A stretch of DNA of 64,000 nt from Gemmatimonadota bacterium (lineage in GTDB: Bacteria > Gemmatimonadota > Gemmatimonadetes > Longimicrobiales > Gaopeijiaceae): the NCBI GenBank assembly GCA_022826005.1, contig JAJDVT010000058.1, positions 6,605-70,604 of the forward strand. The letters are read 5' to 3'. The notes beneath the pieces were generated by a model. It was not told the DNA's origin, did no database searches, and worked only from the letters and a program-made list of their open reading frames with translations. Of this stretch, positions 55,812 through 64,000 are shown one piece after another; positions within the stretch are counted from its first letter, which is position 1; each line of letters opens with the position of its first letter. The translations under genes were made by a program, and so were the position numbers.

Positions 55812-55867
55812 CGTTATCGGTCACCCGATTGTGACGGTTCCAACCCCTCGACAAGCGAGTCACCCAA

Positions 55868-58800
55868 ATGTTCAGCCGCGCCACGCTCCATCACGCCAAC
55901 CCGGCCACGTTGCGCCGCACGGGCGGCACCCTCCCGGGCCCCGCCTTGGCCCTCGCCCTCGCCCTGGCCTTCCTCCTCCTCCCCCCCACCCTCCTCGACG
56001 CCCAGCAGGGTGGGCGACGGGGTCCCGGCGGGGGCGGCGGCGCAGCCGGCCAGTCCCTCGACGACCGCTCCCTCGTCAACCGGGTCGCCGCGCGCTCGAT
56101 CGGGCCGGCCGTGATGAGCGGCCGGATCGTCGACATCGCGGTGGCCGAGACGCCGGGCATGCGGGGCGGCCGCCTCGGCACCATCATCTACATCGCCGCC
56201 GCGACGGGCGGCATCTGGAAGTCGACCAGCGGCGGCGTCGACTGGGAGCCGATCTTCGACGACGCCGGCGTGGGCTCGATGGGGGACGTGACCGTGGCGC
56301 CGTCGAACGCGAACATAGTCTGGGTCGGGACGGGCGAGCCGAACAACCAGCGCAGCTCGTCCTACGGCGACGGGGTCTACAAGTCCGTGGATGCCGGCGA
56401 GACCTTCGAACACATGGGGCTGCGCACCTCGCAGCACGTGGGGCGCATCGTCATTCACCCGGGGGATCCGGAGATCGTTTACGTCGCGGCGGTGGGTCCG
56501 CTGTGGGCGCCCGGCGGCGAACGCGGCCTGTACCGCACCATGGACGGCGGCGAGAGCTGGGAGGCCGTGCTGACGATCGACCAGCACACCGGCGTCACCG
56601 ACATCGCCATGGACCCGACCAACCCGGACATCCTCTACGCGGCGGCGCTCCAGCGCGAGCGGCGCGCCTACAGCTACGTCGGAGGCGGGCCCGGAAGCGG
56701 CATCTACAAGTCCATTGACGGCGGCGACACCTGGACGAAGCTCACGCGCGGGCTCCCGACCTCCGACATGGGACGGATCGGCCTCGACATCAGCCTCAGT
56801 CACCCGCAGACCGTCTACGCGGTGATCGAGGGCTCGGAACAGGGCGTCTACCGCACCGACAACGGCGGCCGCGCCTGGCGCCGGATGAGCGACATCGCCT
56901 CGATCCCGTGGTATTTCGGCCAGATCCGCGTCGACCCGCAGGACCCCGAAGTCGTCTATCACCTCGGAGTCCCGCTCCAGCGGTCGATGGACGGGGGCGT
57001 GACCTGGGCCTCGGCCGCGAGCGGCGGAGTCCACGTCGACCACCACGCCATGTGGATCAACCCCGAAGACCCCACCCACCTCCTGCTCGGCAACGACGGC
57101 GGCTTCTACGTCTCGCACAACTTCGGCGACACCTGGGACTTCTCGCCCAACCTGCCGCTCAGCCAGTTCTACGCGGTCGGCATAGACATGCAGGAGCCCT
57201 TCTTCGGGATCTACGGCGGCCTGCAGGACAACTCGACCTGGGGCGGCCCGAGCGCGACCCGCAACAGCATCGGCGTCGTCAACGCGGACTGGTTCCGGAT
57301 GCAGGGCGGCGACGGCTTCTTCGCGGCGATCGACCCCAACGACCACAACATCGCCTTCGTGGAGTCCCAGAACGGGAACCTTGTCCGCTTCAACGGCCGC
57401 ACGGGTGAACGCAAGTCGATCCGCCCGCGCCCCGCGCCCGGCGAGGATGCCTACCGCTTCAACTGGAGCTCACCGATCCAGCTGTCGCCCTTCGACCCGG
57501 CGACCGTCTACTTCGCCGGCAACCACGTCTTCAAGAGCCCCGACCGCGGCGACTCCTGGCAGGTGCGCGGGCTGGACCTGACCCGGGAAATCGACCGCAA
57601 CGTCCTCCCGATGATGGGATCCGTACCCGCCAACAACGCGGTCGCGCGCCATCAGGGCACGGCCGTCTTCTCGAACATCTCCACCATGCACGTCTCGTCG
57701 CACCAGCCCGGCCACATCGTCACCGGCACCGACGACGGCCAGGTCTCCGTGACCACCGACGACGGCGTCACCTGGCGCAGGATGACCGACTTCCCCGACG
57801 TCCCGGACACCACCTACGTCAGCAAGGTGCGCTGGTCCGCCCACGACGAGGCGACCATCTACGCCACCTTCGACGGGCACCGCAGCAACGATTTCAACCC
57901 CTACGTGCTGAAGAGCACCGACCAGGGGCAGAGCTGGACCTCGATCAGCGGCGACCTCCCTGAGTTCGGCAACATCCGCGCCTTCGCGGAGCACCACGAG
58001 AACCCCAACGTGCTCTTCGTCGGGACCGAGATTCGGCCTTTCGTGACGCTGGACGGGGGCGAGTCCTGGGTGCCGCTGGAGAACGGCATCCCGCCCTCGC
58101 CCGTGCACGACATCAAGATCCACCACCGCGACAACGCGCTGGTCGTCGCAACCCACGGGCGCGGCTTCTACGTCATCGACGACCTGAACCCGATCGTTCA
58201 CATGGCCGAGGCGAAGGCCGCGGGCGGGCCGTACCTGTTCCCGGTGGCGGACGCGTTTGCGTACGTGGTCAACACGGCGCCGAGCTCCGGGATTCACGCG
58301 GGCCGCGAGTACCGCGCGCCGAATCCGGCGTATGGGGCGGGGATCGCGTACTACATGCCGGAGGGGACGAGGGGCGAGCGCAAGCTGGAGATCGTCGCGA
58401 GCGACGGGCAGACGGTGCGCACACTGGAGACGGAGACGGGTGCGGGTCTGCAGCAGGCGCGGTGGGATCTGCGCTGGGATGCGCCGTGGTCCGGGCCGCC
58501 GGCGAACCAGCAGGGCGGGGGCGGCGGGTTCGGTGGTGGGTTTGGCGGGTTTGGCGGCGGGTTCGGTGGCGGTGGCGGTGCAGGGCCGCCTGCGCTCGGC
58601 GACCAGTACACCGCGCGGCTGACGATCACGCCGGACGAGGGCGAGCCCACGGTCATGGAGCGCAGCTTCACCGTGGAGATGGACGACCTGATCGGGATGA
58701 CGAGGGCGCAGCTCGCGGAGCTGCAGGAGCTGCGTCTGCGCCACCGGCGCCTGTCCGCGACCCAGCAGATGGCGGCCCGCCAGGCGCAGGAGATCCAGAG

Positions 58801-59185
58801 CGAGCTGCGCGGGATCGAGGCCGCGATGGCGCGGGTGGAGGTGAGCGACGAGCTGCAGGCGCGCGCCGATGAGCTGGGCGAGCAGGCGACGGCGGTGTTG
58901 CGGGGGCTGCGGGGTGGTGGGGGAAGGGGCTTTGGGGGTGGCGGGGGCGGGGGCGGCGCCGTGACCGTGCAGAGCCTGCTTGGAACAGCCGGCGGCATGA
59001 ACCAGACGTACGCGCCCGCGACCGACGCCGAAAAGACCGCGCTGGAGGAGGCGGGCCCGGCACTCGACGAGCAGCTCGCCGCGCTCAATGAACTGGTGGC
59101 CGCGATGCCCGCCTTCCGCGACGCGCTCGACGCGGCGGGCGTGCCCTGGACGCCGGGCAGGCCGGTCGGCCGCGGAGAGCCCTGA
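55868..59185 (+). CDS. VPS10/sortilin-like BNR (Asp-box) repeat protein, secreted
   Basis: 1105 aa with a signal peptide. Repeated Asp-box-like S/T-x-D-x-G-x-T/S-W motifs are present (KSTSGGVDWE, KSVDAGETFE, RTMDGGESWE, KSIDGGDTWT, RTDNGGRAWR, RSMDGGVTWA, SPDRGDSWQ, TTDDGVTWR, STDQGQSWT, TLDGGESWV). Gly/Phe-rich low-complexity inserts lie near the C-terminus. Confidence 0.88.
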   Translation: MFSRATLHHANPATLRRTGGTLPGPALALALALAFLLLPPTLLDAQQGGRRGPGGGGGAAGQSLDDRSLVNRVAARSIGPAVMSGRIVDIAVAETPGMRGGRLGTIIYIAAATGGIWKSTSGGVDWEPIFDDAGVGSMGDVTVAPSNANIVWVGTGEPNNQRSSSYGDGVYKSVDAGETFEHMGLRTSQHVGRIVIHPGDPEIVYVAAVGPLWAPGGERGLYRTMDGGESWEAVLTIDQHTGVTDIAMDPTNPDILYAAALQRERRAYSYVGGGPGSGIYKSIDGGDTWTKLTRGLPTSDMGRIGLDISLSHPQTVYAVIEGSEQGVYRTDNGGRAWRRMSDIASIPWYFGQIRVDPQDPEVVYHLGVPLQRSMDGGVTWASAASGGVHVDHHAMWINPEDPTHLLLGNDGGFYVSHNFGDTWDFSPNLPLSQFYAVGIDMQEPFFGIYGGLQDNSTWGGPSATRNSIGVVNADWFRMQGGDGFFAAIDPNDHNIAFVESQNGNLVRFNGRTGERKSIRPRPAPGEDAYRFNWSSPIQLSPFDPATVYFAGNHVFKSPDRGDSWQVRGLDLTREIDRNVLPMMGSVPANNAVARHQGTAVFSNISTMHVSSHQPGHIVTGTDDGQVSVTTDDGVTWRRMTDFPDVPDTTYVSKVRWSAHDEATIYATFDGHRSNDFNPYVLKSTDQGQSWTSISGDLPEFGNIRAFAEHHENPNVLFVGTEIRPFVTLDGGESWVPLENGIPPSPVHDIKIHHRDNALVVATHGRGFYVIDDLNPIVHMAEAKAAGGPYLFPVADAFAYVVNTAPSSGIHAGREYRAPNPAYGAGIAYYMPEGTRGERKLEIVASDGQTVRTLETETGAGLQQARWDLRWDAPWSGPPANQQGGGGGFGGGFGGFGGGFGGGGGAGPPALGDQYTARLTITPDEGEPTVMERSFTVEMDDLIGMTRAQLAELQELRLRHRRLSATQQMAARQAQEIQSELRGIEAAMARVEVSDELQARADELGEQATAVLRGLRGGGGRGFGGGGGGGGAVTVQSLLGTAGGMNQTYAPATDAEKTALEEAGPALDEQLAALNELVAAMPAFRDALDAAGVPWTPGRPVGRGEP

Positions 59186-59193
59186 ACCTGAAC

Positions 59194-59226
59194 CCCGGGG
59201 GCCCCCTCCAGCCCGGGGGCCCCCTC
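59194..59226 (+). terminator. GC-palindrome direct repeat (possible terminator)
   Basis: CCCGGGGGCCCCCTC occurs twice (59194-59208 and 59212-59226). Each copy contains GGGGGCCCCC. The repeat starts 9 nt after the stop codon. There is no T-tract. Confidence 0.3.
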
Positions 59227-59601
59227 TTCAGGCCCCGATGAGCCCGCGAACCTCCTGAAACACGCGCACAAGGGCTGGCCGTACGGAAACAGCGGATAGC
59301 TTGTTCTCTCCTCCAGACGGGCGGCCTGGTCGGGGAGAGCCTGCCGTGGATCGCCTGGATCGGGGATTCGAGTTTCATCACCGTCCCCAGCGAGCCCTTT
59401 CCGAAGGTGGAGGTGCGGGCCTTGCCCCCGGCGCCGCGGCAGGTCGCCCAGAACCGTTAGCGGGCCGCCCAGAACTTTTCGTGGCGGTGGTTCGTAGAGG
59501 ACTGCATGACACGCAATCTCACGCGGACCACCGAAGAAAGGGAAACGATGACTGCGCGGGCGAATTGTACGGCATTGGAAAGGTCCCCGGGGACAGTGGA
59601 T

Positions 59602-60450
59602 ATGGTGCGGGTGGCGCTGGCGGCGGCAGCGACGGCACTGGCGGCAACAGCTGCACTGCTGGCGGCGACACCGGCGGCACTGGCAGCCCAACGCGACTGC
59701 AAGTTCACCGACACGATCGAGCTTACGGCGCCGGCCGCGGGCACATTGCGGGTGGACGCAGGGGCCGGGACACTCTCCGTCCGAGGCGTCGAGGGGATCG
59801 ATGAGTTCCGTCTGGCGGCAAAGCTGTGCGCCTCCGACCAGCGCCGGCTGGAAGGGCTCGACGTAACGCTGCGCGGCGACCGGCTCGACACCACCTACCC
59901 GTCCACACGGGGCGGCATCTTCTCCTGGGGAAACCGGTACGCTCGGATCGATGTGGCGGTGGAGGTCCCAATGGACACGAACCTGCGCGTGGACGACAGC
60001 TCCGGCATCATCTACCTGAACGACACGGGCGACGTGACTCTGGTGGACGGGTCGGGCAACATCTTCGTTGGGGATGCCCGGTCGCTGACAATCGAGGACG
60101 GATCGGGAGACATCAACATCACGCGGGTCACCGGCGATGTCCGGCTTGAGGACAGTTCGGGGAATCTCAGTGTCGAGGACGTGAACGGAAACGTGGTGAT
60201 CAGCGACGGTTCGGGACGCGTGACCGTTCGGGATGTTACGGGAGATGTGACAATCTCCGACGGTTCGGGCGATCTGAGGATTGACGGGGTCGGCGGCAGC
60301 GTCCGGATGGACGAGATCGGCTCGGGGAGTGCGACGGTCCACAACGTGGACGGCGACCTGGTCGTGAGAGACGGACGCCGGGAACGGATCGAGTATTCGG
60401 ACGTTCGTGGTGAGGTGGACCTGCCGCCGGCGAGGCGGGGGAGCGGCTGA
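59602..60450 (+). CDS. secreted beta-helix repeat protein (DUF4097-like)
   Basis: Start at ATG 59602 gives a signal peptide (MVRVALAAAATALAATAALLAATPAALAAQ). About 10 repeats with an approximately 19-20-aa period of the form DGSGxIxVxDVxGxVxI. Confidence 0.75.
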   Translation: MVRVALAAAATALAATAALLAATPAALAAQRDCKFTDTIELTAPAAGTLRVDAGAGTLSVRGVEGIDEFRLAAKLCASDQRRLEGLDVTLRGDRLDTTYPSTRGGIFSWGNRYARIDVAVEVPMDTNLRVDDSSGIIYLNDTGDVTLVDGSGNIFVGDARSLTIEDGSGDINITRVTGDVRLEDSSGNLSVEDVNGNVVISDGSGRVTVRDVTGDVTISDGSGDLRIDGVGGSVRMDEIGSGSATVHNVDGDLVVRDGRRERIEYSDVRGEVDLPPARRGSG

Positions 60451-60486
60451 CTGCCAAAGCCGCGTCATCCGGGCCAGCCGCTACCC

Positions 60487-61119
60487 GTGAGCACCAGCAC
60501 CGGGCTACCTTGGTCAGGCTCTGAATCCACCGATCAACTGAAACGGAATGTTCTGGACGTGAGGCGGAACGCCACTCGCCGATGCCGCCGCGCCTTTTCG
60601 CTCGGAGGCGCTGCCGCTGCCCTGTCGCTGGCGCTGCTCTGCGGCCCCGCGCCCGCCGAAGCCCAGATCCTGGGACTCCTGCGCGCGATCAACGACGGCG
60701 GAAGCTGGATCAATCTCGAGGTGAAGGAGGGACGGGCCGAGTACCGCAGCCCCGTGTTTCCCGTGGCGGGGATGGCCGTGAAGGGGTGCGTGAAGATCTG
60801 GGACGGGAATCCGGGCTCGTGGACGCTCCGCGCCAAAGACCTGCTCGGCGAAGCTGAGCTCGAGGTCACGACCGATTCCGACAAGCCGGTCAGGTTCGAC
60901 TACAAGGGCGGACTGCAGGCGCAACTCGACCTTGAGGTGGAGTGGAGCGAACCGGGGGACACGACCCTCTACATCTGGGTCGGCGTATCACTCAAGGAAG
61001 AGCCGGACGAAGAGGAACGGGACATCTGTGAGCCTCCGCCTTCCAACCCGAACCGCGTGCACGCGGTGATTCAGGCGGGCGTCCCGGTCGACCGGGAGGC
61101 GCTCAGCAGCTGGAACTAA
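60487..61119 (+). CDS. hypothetical secreted protein
   Basis: 210-aa ORF (GTG start). An internal GTG at 60559 would give VRRNATRRCRRAFSLGGAAAALSLALLCGPAPAEA directly as a signal peptide. No recognisable domain. Confidence 0.6.
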   Translation: MSTSTGLPWSGSESTDQLKRNVLDVRRNATRRCRRAFSLGGAAAALSLALLCGPAPAEAQILGLLRAINDGGSWINLEVKEGRAEYRSPVFPVAGMAVKGCVKIWDGNPGSWTLRAKDLLGEAELEVTTDSDKPVRFDYKGGLQAQLDLEVEWSEPGDTTLYIWVGVSLKEEPDEEERDICEPPPSNPNRVHAVIQAGVPVDREALSSWN

Positions 61120-62300
61120 TCCCGCCGCAGGCCGGCCAGCAGCCCCGCCATCTCCGGCAACCCGATTACTTCGGTCGCTTCCGCCAGCGGATAGCGTTCG
61201 TGTCCGGCACAGACCACGTATGTGCGCTCCGGCTGCAGGTCGGCTCTCGCGCTGTGGAAGCCCCTGGCCAGGCGCGGTGTAAGGCCGTGCTTGACCTCGA
61301 CCGCCCACGGGCGGCGTCGACCGGGCAGTTCCAGCACGAGGTCCATCTCGGCTCCGGCGGCGGTACGGTAGAAGCTTGCCCGGGTCCCGGGAGGCGCCGC
61401 CGCGAGCAGGTTCTCGATCACGAATCCCTCCCAACTGAAGCCTGCGACCGGGTGCCCGGCGAGGGACTCGAAGCCCCCGATGTCGAGGAGCGCGTGCAGG
61501 AGCCCGCTGTCCCGGATGTAGACCTTGGGTGACTTGACGAGCCGCTTGCGGACGTTGGCCACGAAGGGCGGGAGGCGGCGGACGAGGAAGAGGCTCGCCA
61601 GCGCATCCACGTAGCGCGACACGGCCGGGGAGCTGATGGCCAGGCTCCTGGCCAGCGTCGCGACGTTCAGCAGTGTCCCCTGGGAGTGGGCAAGCATTGT
61701 CCAGAGCCGTCCCAGCGTCTCGGCGGGCAGCCGCGTCCGGACGAATTCGGACAGGTCACGTTCGAGGTAGGTGCGGACGAAACCCTGACGCCACGCCAGA
61801 CTGTCCCGGTCGCTCTCGGCAAGATAGCTGTCCGGGAAGCCGCCCCGGACCCAGAGAGCGGTGGTCGTCGCTTCGTCGGCCCCGACGTCCAGGACATCGA
61901 GTGGATCGAGGGACACGAACTCGATCCGCCCGGCGAGCGTCTCGCCCGCCTGCTTCAGCAACTCCACGGAGGCCGATCCCAGGATGAGGAATCGCCCGGT
62001 TCGCCGCCCGGCCCGGCGCCCCTCGTCGATCAGCCCACGGAGCTCCGGGAAGAGTTCAGGGGCCCGGTGAATCTCGTCCAGGATTACCAGCCGGTCCTGA
62101 TAGCGCCGCAGGAAGTAGCGCGGATTATCGAGTTTCGCGCGGTCGGCTCTTGCCTGAAGGTCCAGATAGAGCGAGTCGATGGTCCGCACGATCTCGTGGG
62201 CCAGTGTCGTCTTGCCCACCTGGCGTGGACCAAGCAGTGCGGTCGCCGCCTGACGGGCCAGTGCGCGCTGGATGTCGATCAGGGCTCTTCGGAATATCAT
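61116..62300 (-). CDS. AAA+ ATPase of the AAA_14 / DUF4143 family
   Basis: 394 aa. Walker A GPRQVGKTT, Walker B LVILDEIH. The C-terminal DUF4143-like region is FVANVRKRLVKSPKVYIRDSGLLHALL. Confidence 0.85.
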   Translation of the reverse strand: MIFRRALIDIQRALARQAATALLGPRQVGKTTLAHEIVRTIDSLYLDLQARADRAKLDNPRYFLRRYQDRLVILDEIHRAPELFPELRGLIDEGRRAGRRTGRFLILGSASVELLKQAGETLAGRIEFVSLDPLDVLDVGADEATTTALWVRGGFPDSYLAESDRDSLAWRQGFVRTYLERDLSEFVRTRLPAETLGRLWTMLAHSQGTLLNVATLARSLAISSPAVSRYVDALASLFLVRRLPPFVANVRKRLVKSPKVYIRDSGLLHALLDIGGFESLAGHPVAGFSWEGFVIENLLAAAPPGTRASFYRTAAGAEMDLVLELPGRRRPWAVEVKHGLTPRLARGFHSARADLQPERTYVVCAGHERYPLAEATEVIGLPEMAGLLAGLRRD

Positions 62301-62350
62301 CCTTGCAAAATAAAATCATACCTGCGATTTGCAAGTTTAATCGCCGTCAG

Positions 62351-63574
62351 CTACCACCCCGCCAGCTCGTACACGGCCACGCTCGGGACATCCAGCTCGT
62401 CCCGCACCACACCCAGCACGCGCCCCCCGGCAACGGCCAGCAACGCAAACCCCGCAGGAGGTTCGAAGACGCCCAGCCAGCTGCCGTCGGGCGCGATGAC
62501 GGTGTAGCGCGGCGTCGTTTTGTAGCACTCCAACATCCAGCTGCTGAGCCACACCCGGCCCAGGTCGTCCGAGAGGATCCGTCCGAAGAAGGGCTCGGGG
62601 GCATCGCCGGCGAACTCGAATCGGGTTTCCACCATTTGACGGACTGTGGCTGCGGGGGTCTCGGGGCTTTCCTGCCGGAATTCGTCGACCATGCAGGCAA
62701 CCCAGTTGTTCCAGCCCTCCGCGGTGGTGAAAACCGCCTCCGGTTGCCAGCGCACGATCTGGCGCACCGTGCCGTCGGGCCGCCGCCATAGCAGGCCGGG
62801 TCTGTCGGTGCGCCCGTAGACGAACTCTCCACCGGCAGTGCCGACCTGGCCGGCGTGGCGAAACATGGGTATGGCGGTCCGGTTGGCCGGCTCGGGAGGC
62901 AGCTGGTCGTAGGACCCCGCCGTGTCAACGGCCCAGCTTGCCAGGTCGAGACGCATCAGGTAGCCGGTCGTCCACTCCTCGCTCGGGTCCGGGCGCCGGT
63001 AGGCCGAGATCGTGAAAACGTGACCGAACCCGTCCGCTCCCTGCACGAACGTCAAGGCCCCACCTGGTGGATCCGGCAATCGCAGGTCGTCCACCAGCGA
63101 ACCCTCCGCGTACCTCAGTACACGACGGACCGCGGCGTCGTAGGCCAGCAGGCTGTCCTGTCCGGCAGCGAACAGCTGCGCGGACCCTCCCCTGATCTCG
63201 CCGGGACCTTCGCCCGGACCGGCGACTATTTCATGGTGACGGCCGTCGGCGCCGACGCGGACGACCTCCCCATTCCCCCAGTCGGAGACCACGGCGCTTC
63301 CATCCGCGAAGAGAACGCCCGAAAAGTCGCCCTGGAAGAGGTAGTCGCCCTCGCGGGCGCCGTGGGTGTAGATCGGCTCGGCAGCCAGCGTGAGGGTGGG
63401 CGCCTCCGGCGTCCCGGCATACTCCACGATGCGGATGTCGGCGCTGTCGCGGATCTGGACCGACGGGTCGCCGGGCGGGCCGGGATCGTCGCCTCCGCAG
63501 GCGCCGAAAAGGGCGGGCAGGATTGACAGCAGCAGCACCGACGGCAATGCGGTCGCGTTGGGTTTGTAGATCAT
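62351..63574 (-). CDS. 6-bladed beta-propeller family lipoprotein (paralogue E)
   Basis: Lipobox ALFGAC. Motif GPGEGPGEI. C-terminal DVPSVAVYELAGW. Confidence 0.85.
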   Translation of the reverse strand: MIYKPNATALPSVLLLSILPALFGACGGDDPGPPGDPSVQIRDSADIRIVEYAGTPEAPTLTLAAEPIYTHGAREGDYLFQGDFSGVLFADGSAVVSDWGNGEVVRVGADGRHHEIVAGPGEGPGEIRGGSAQLFAAGQDSLLAYDAAVRRVLRYAEGSLVDDLRLPDPPGGALTFVQGADGFGHVFTISAYRRPDPSEEWTTGYLMRLDLASWAVDTAGSYDQLPPEPANRTAIPMFRHAGQVGTAGGEFVYGRTDRPGLLWRRPDGTVRQIVRWQPEAVFTTAEGWNNWVACMVDEFRQESPETPAATVRQMVETRFEFAGDAPEPFFGRILSDDLGRVWLSSWMLECYKTTPRYTVIAPDGSWLGVFEPPAGFALLAVAGGRVLGVVRDELDVPSVAVYELAGW

Positions 63575-63601
63575 GCCTGGCCTCCTGCCTGCGTAAACAC
63601 G

Positions 63602-64000
63602 TCACCACCCCACAATGTCGTACACCACCACGCTGGGCACGTCCATCTCATCCGTTACCACGCCCAGCGCCCGGCCCCCGGCAACAGTCACCAGCCGGAA
63701 CCACTCCGGCGGCTCGAAGACCCCCAGCCAGGCTCCGTCCGTGCCGATCACGGTATAGCGAAACGGATGACACGGAGGGATTGCCGCGTTGTCGAGCCAT
63801 ATCCTGCCTGCGTCGTCTCCCGATATCCAGCGGAACAGGGGCTCCGGACCGGTGGGATCGAGGTTCCACCTGGCAACATTCTCCTCGAAGCGTGCCTCGG
63901 TGGCCCCGGGACCGATCATTTCACGCAGGTTGTCATGCATGCAGGCGACGAACGGTTCCCAGCGTTCCGCGCTCGTCAGAAGTCGTCCCGCCGCCCAGCG
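63602..64000 (-). CDS. 6-bladed beta-propeller family lipoprotein (paralogue F; N-terminal part outside window)
   Basis: The reading frame stays open to the window edge. My translation upstream of the listed Met (..RWAAGRLLTSAERWEPFVACMHDNLREM) aligns with paralogue E (RWQPEAVFTTAEGWNNWVACMVDEFRQE). The C-terminus is DVPSVVVYDIVGW. Confidence 0.8.
   Translation of the reverse strand, partial: RWAAGRLLTSAERWEPFVACMHDNLREMIGPGATEARFEENVARWNLDPTGPEPLFRWISGDDAGRIWLDNAAIPPCHPFRYTVIGTDGAWLGVFEPPEWFRLVTVAGGRALGVVTDEMDVPSVVVYDIVGW

Noticed and set aside
58505-58595. GGC/GGT-rich short repeats as a possible CRISPR or satellite array.
   Set aside because: They lie in frame inside a long, well-supported CDS and encode a Gly/Phe-rich linker. 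There is no repeat-spacer organisation.
58351-60468. 705-aa minus-strand ORF.
   Set aside because: It is antisense to the VPS10/BNR and DUF4097 genes and has a low-complexity Pro/Arg/Ser-rich sequence.

Overview
The window is a high-GC (roughly two-thirds G+C by eye) chromosomal segment from a Gram-negative bacterium. The protein repertoire (choice-of-anchor B, VPS10/BNR, ABC-permease/M1 fusions, many 6-bladed beta-propeller lipoproteins) suggests Gemmatimonadota or a relative, but that is only an inference. I support about 46 protein genes and 17 tRNA genes. I see no rRNA, CRISPR array, transposase or integrase. Because of the GC content, the ORF track contains many long antisense or out-of-frame shadow ORFs, which I rejected.

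Gene content in order:
- 1-8.6 kb (minus strand): a partial D-aminoacylase-like amidohydrolase, a choice-of-anchor B lipoprotein, a lipoprotein, and a suf Fe-S operon (sufC-sufB-sufD-Rieske-sufS).
- 8.8-10.4 kb: a secreted repeat protein.
- 10.7-12.0 kb: an ECF sigma / anti-sigma / YbjQ operon.
- 12.1-16.8 kb: a minus-strand chain of amidohydrolase, orphan beta-class DNA methyltransferase and three tandem DUF4328 membrane paralogues.
- 17.0-23.3 kb: ligA-polX-CaCA antiporter, translationally coupled, followed by an aminotransferase.
- 23.4-29.5 kb: pterin dehydratase, MpaB-like oxygenase, a solo RND pump and a squalene/phytoene synthase.
- 29.57-31.74 kb: a 17-gene tRNA array.
- 31.9-45.7 kb: two paralogous gene pairs (an ABC ATPase plus an ABC-2 permease fused to an M1-type zinc peptidase) flanking a BlaI repressor / M56 sensor-protease / beta-propeller lipoprotein operon that has a clear dual palindromic operator.
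- 45.8-49.0 kb: a large lipoprotein with plant-type LRRs and a metzincin motif.
- 49.3-64.0 kb: a Tat metallophosphoesterase, an OMP, a VPS10/BNR giant protein, a DUF4097 beta-helix protein, an AAA_14 ATPase, and further copies of the 6-copy beta-propeller lipoprotein family.

Most notable candidates for undescribed biology:
- the duplicated transporter-peptidase fusions around the BlaI/M56 module;
- the methyltransferase plus three DUF4328 coupled chain;
- the LRR-metzincin lipoprotein;
- an AT-rich promoter / 22-bp palindrome / intrinsic terminator unit that looks like an sRNA or attenuating leader;
- an exact 21-nt direct repeat bracketing 14.6 kb.
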